64,000 nt of DNA from Octopus vulgaris (lineage: Eukaryota). The notes beneath the pieces are model-generated. The model was not told the origin of the DNA. It ran no database searches and worked only from the letters and a program-made list of their open reading frames with translations. Positions 62,376 through 64,000 of this stretch are shown piece after piece. The DNA lies in the NCBI GenBank assembly GCA_951406725.2, contig OX597835.1:42346001-42410000 (forward strand), given 5' to 3'. Position 1 is the stretch's first letter, and each line of letters opens with the position of its first letter. A program made the translations under genes and the position numbers.

Positions 62376-64000
62376 CTCTCTACCATTCTCTTCTGTTGAA
62401 TGGTGCCAACCAATACAGCAACTTAGACATAATCAATCAATATGATTGCATGGCTCTAATGGCAGAGGGATTGGTTAGAATATCACCACCACCACCACCA
62501 CCACCACCACCACGATGATCTATCCACATATATAATCACACACACACACACATCATTATCGTTTTACATCTGCATTCCTGGCTGGGCCGTCATGTTTCAC
62601 GATGGTTCTTATTTAGAGTTACTGCGCTCTTAGACAGGACAGAGAACAATCTCTTACGCATTTCACTTCTGGCTTGGCTACAACAGCTGGACATCCTTCC
62701 TAGCGCCAACCACTTTCACACAGTGTATGAGGGGGAGTCATCAGGTTCTCAATGAAAGTAAACTTTTCTTCCAAATCTACATTATCTTCCCTAATTTGCC
62801 AATCTCTGTGCCGAATGTTCTGGGTGAATTTTATAATGGTACCGGCACAAATGAAGGTGTCTTGTACCTCATGGATTAAAGTGTCAACACTACTAAATAT
62901 GATGTGTTTGTCTGTGAAGGTGGAGAGAAGGGAAAACGAACAAAGTACCAGGATGGGATGGGTGGGGGTAACATGAGGGTGAGGGCAGAAACAAAGGGAT
63001 GGCCTGAAGGGGAGAATAAGTGGTGACTGGCAGTTAAAGGCGAATCCAAGGTAATCCCTTCTATACATGCTTTGGGATGGGTGAGAAAGGTAAAATGGTA
63101 ACAAAGAGAGAAAGAGAGAGAGAGAGAGCATGTATTAGAAAGCTGAAAGGATAAAACAAGTTCAATGATATCCCTAGTTACCGTGACAACATGGTACTGT
63201 GATCAGGCAGCGACCTGGCAGAAATGTTAGCACGCTGTGTAAAATGCTTAGCGGTATTTCGTCTGCGTTATGTTGTGAGTTCAAATTCCACCGAGGTCGA
63301 CAAATTAAGTACCAGTTACGCACTGGGGTCGATGTAATCGACTTAATACCTATGTCTGTCCTTGTTTGTCCCCTCTGTGTTTAGCCCCTTGTGGGTAATA
63401 AAGAAATAGGTACTGTGATCAGGATCCTTCATTGCTGTGATAGTTTGAGAGAGAAATGAATAAACATGACAACAGATAAGGAATCTAGTGCCTGCTACCA
63501 TGGCAACCACCCTATCCTCACCACTAGTTTCCATAAGGTCCATCTAGCACAGGGGTTCTCAACCATTTTTTTTATGCCTACAGATCCCTTTGATTACCCT
63601 TTTTTCACAAGATTCATGAGATGGTTGTGATCAGTAAACAGTTTAGAGTAGGAACCAGAAAGAGAAAATATAAACACGCAATGCACAGGTCAAAATAAGA
63701 TGGAAGAACAAACCAAGTTGTATGATGGTCTCTGTATGTTACATCTGGACACCACTGTTACGTGGCTTTGTTGCAATCTTCTTGTTACTCTGGTGGACCC
63801 CCCACCCCACAGCCATTTTATGCTTAAAAACCAGTTTTAACCCCTTACCCAACAATTATTTTGAAAATAAATGTATTTTTTCAGACATTTTTTAATTGTT
63901 TTATTTTACTATGTTTTGAATGGTGATTTCGAGGTATATTTCAAACCTTATTTATTATGAATTTTAATTCAATAATATTGATTTTAAATTACCGCTTTGG

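Noticed and set aside
59605-62518. Long ORFs rich in Y/I/H/T/M/V
   Set aside because: Translations of (TA)n, (CA)n and (GAT/GGT)n microsatellites.
62700-63131. 143-aa minus ORF and 44-nt exon-like segment
   Set aside because: Overlaps an RTE 3' tail and purine-rich low complexity; no domain and no partner exons.

Overview
Eukaryotic, AT-rich, repeat-dense genomic DNA. The SINE, RTE and microsatellite content points to an octopus or other coleoid cephalopod (inferred from repeat motifs, not from a database search). Positions 570-28353 (+) hold the last 13 coding exons of a spectraplakin (MACF1/dystonin/Shot family). All introns are GT-AG and phase-consistent, giving 1971 nt (656 aa + stop): spectrin repeats, EF-hand pair, GAR/GAS2 domain, then a Ser/Thr/Pro/Arg-rich tail. 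The C-terminus looks divergent: EF-hand 2 is degenerate, the GAR domain is less basic than usual, and there are no SxIP or GSR motifs. Two candidate alternative last exons were seen (18193, 32613/32696). No supportable host gene was found in 33-64 kb. That region holds decayed RTE and CR1/Jockey-like LINEs, nested DD37D (maT) transposons, MITEs and foldbacks, tRNA-SINEs, Penelope-type ends with a minimal hammerhead-like motif, local duplications and microsatellites. Most ORFs in the track are repeat artefacts. I found no clearly new biological system; the best leads are listed as findings. Repeat boundaries are approximate.
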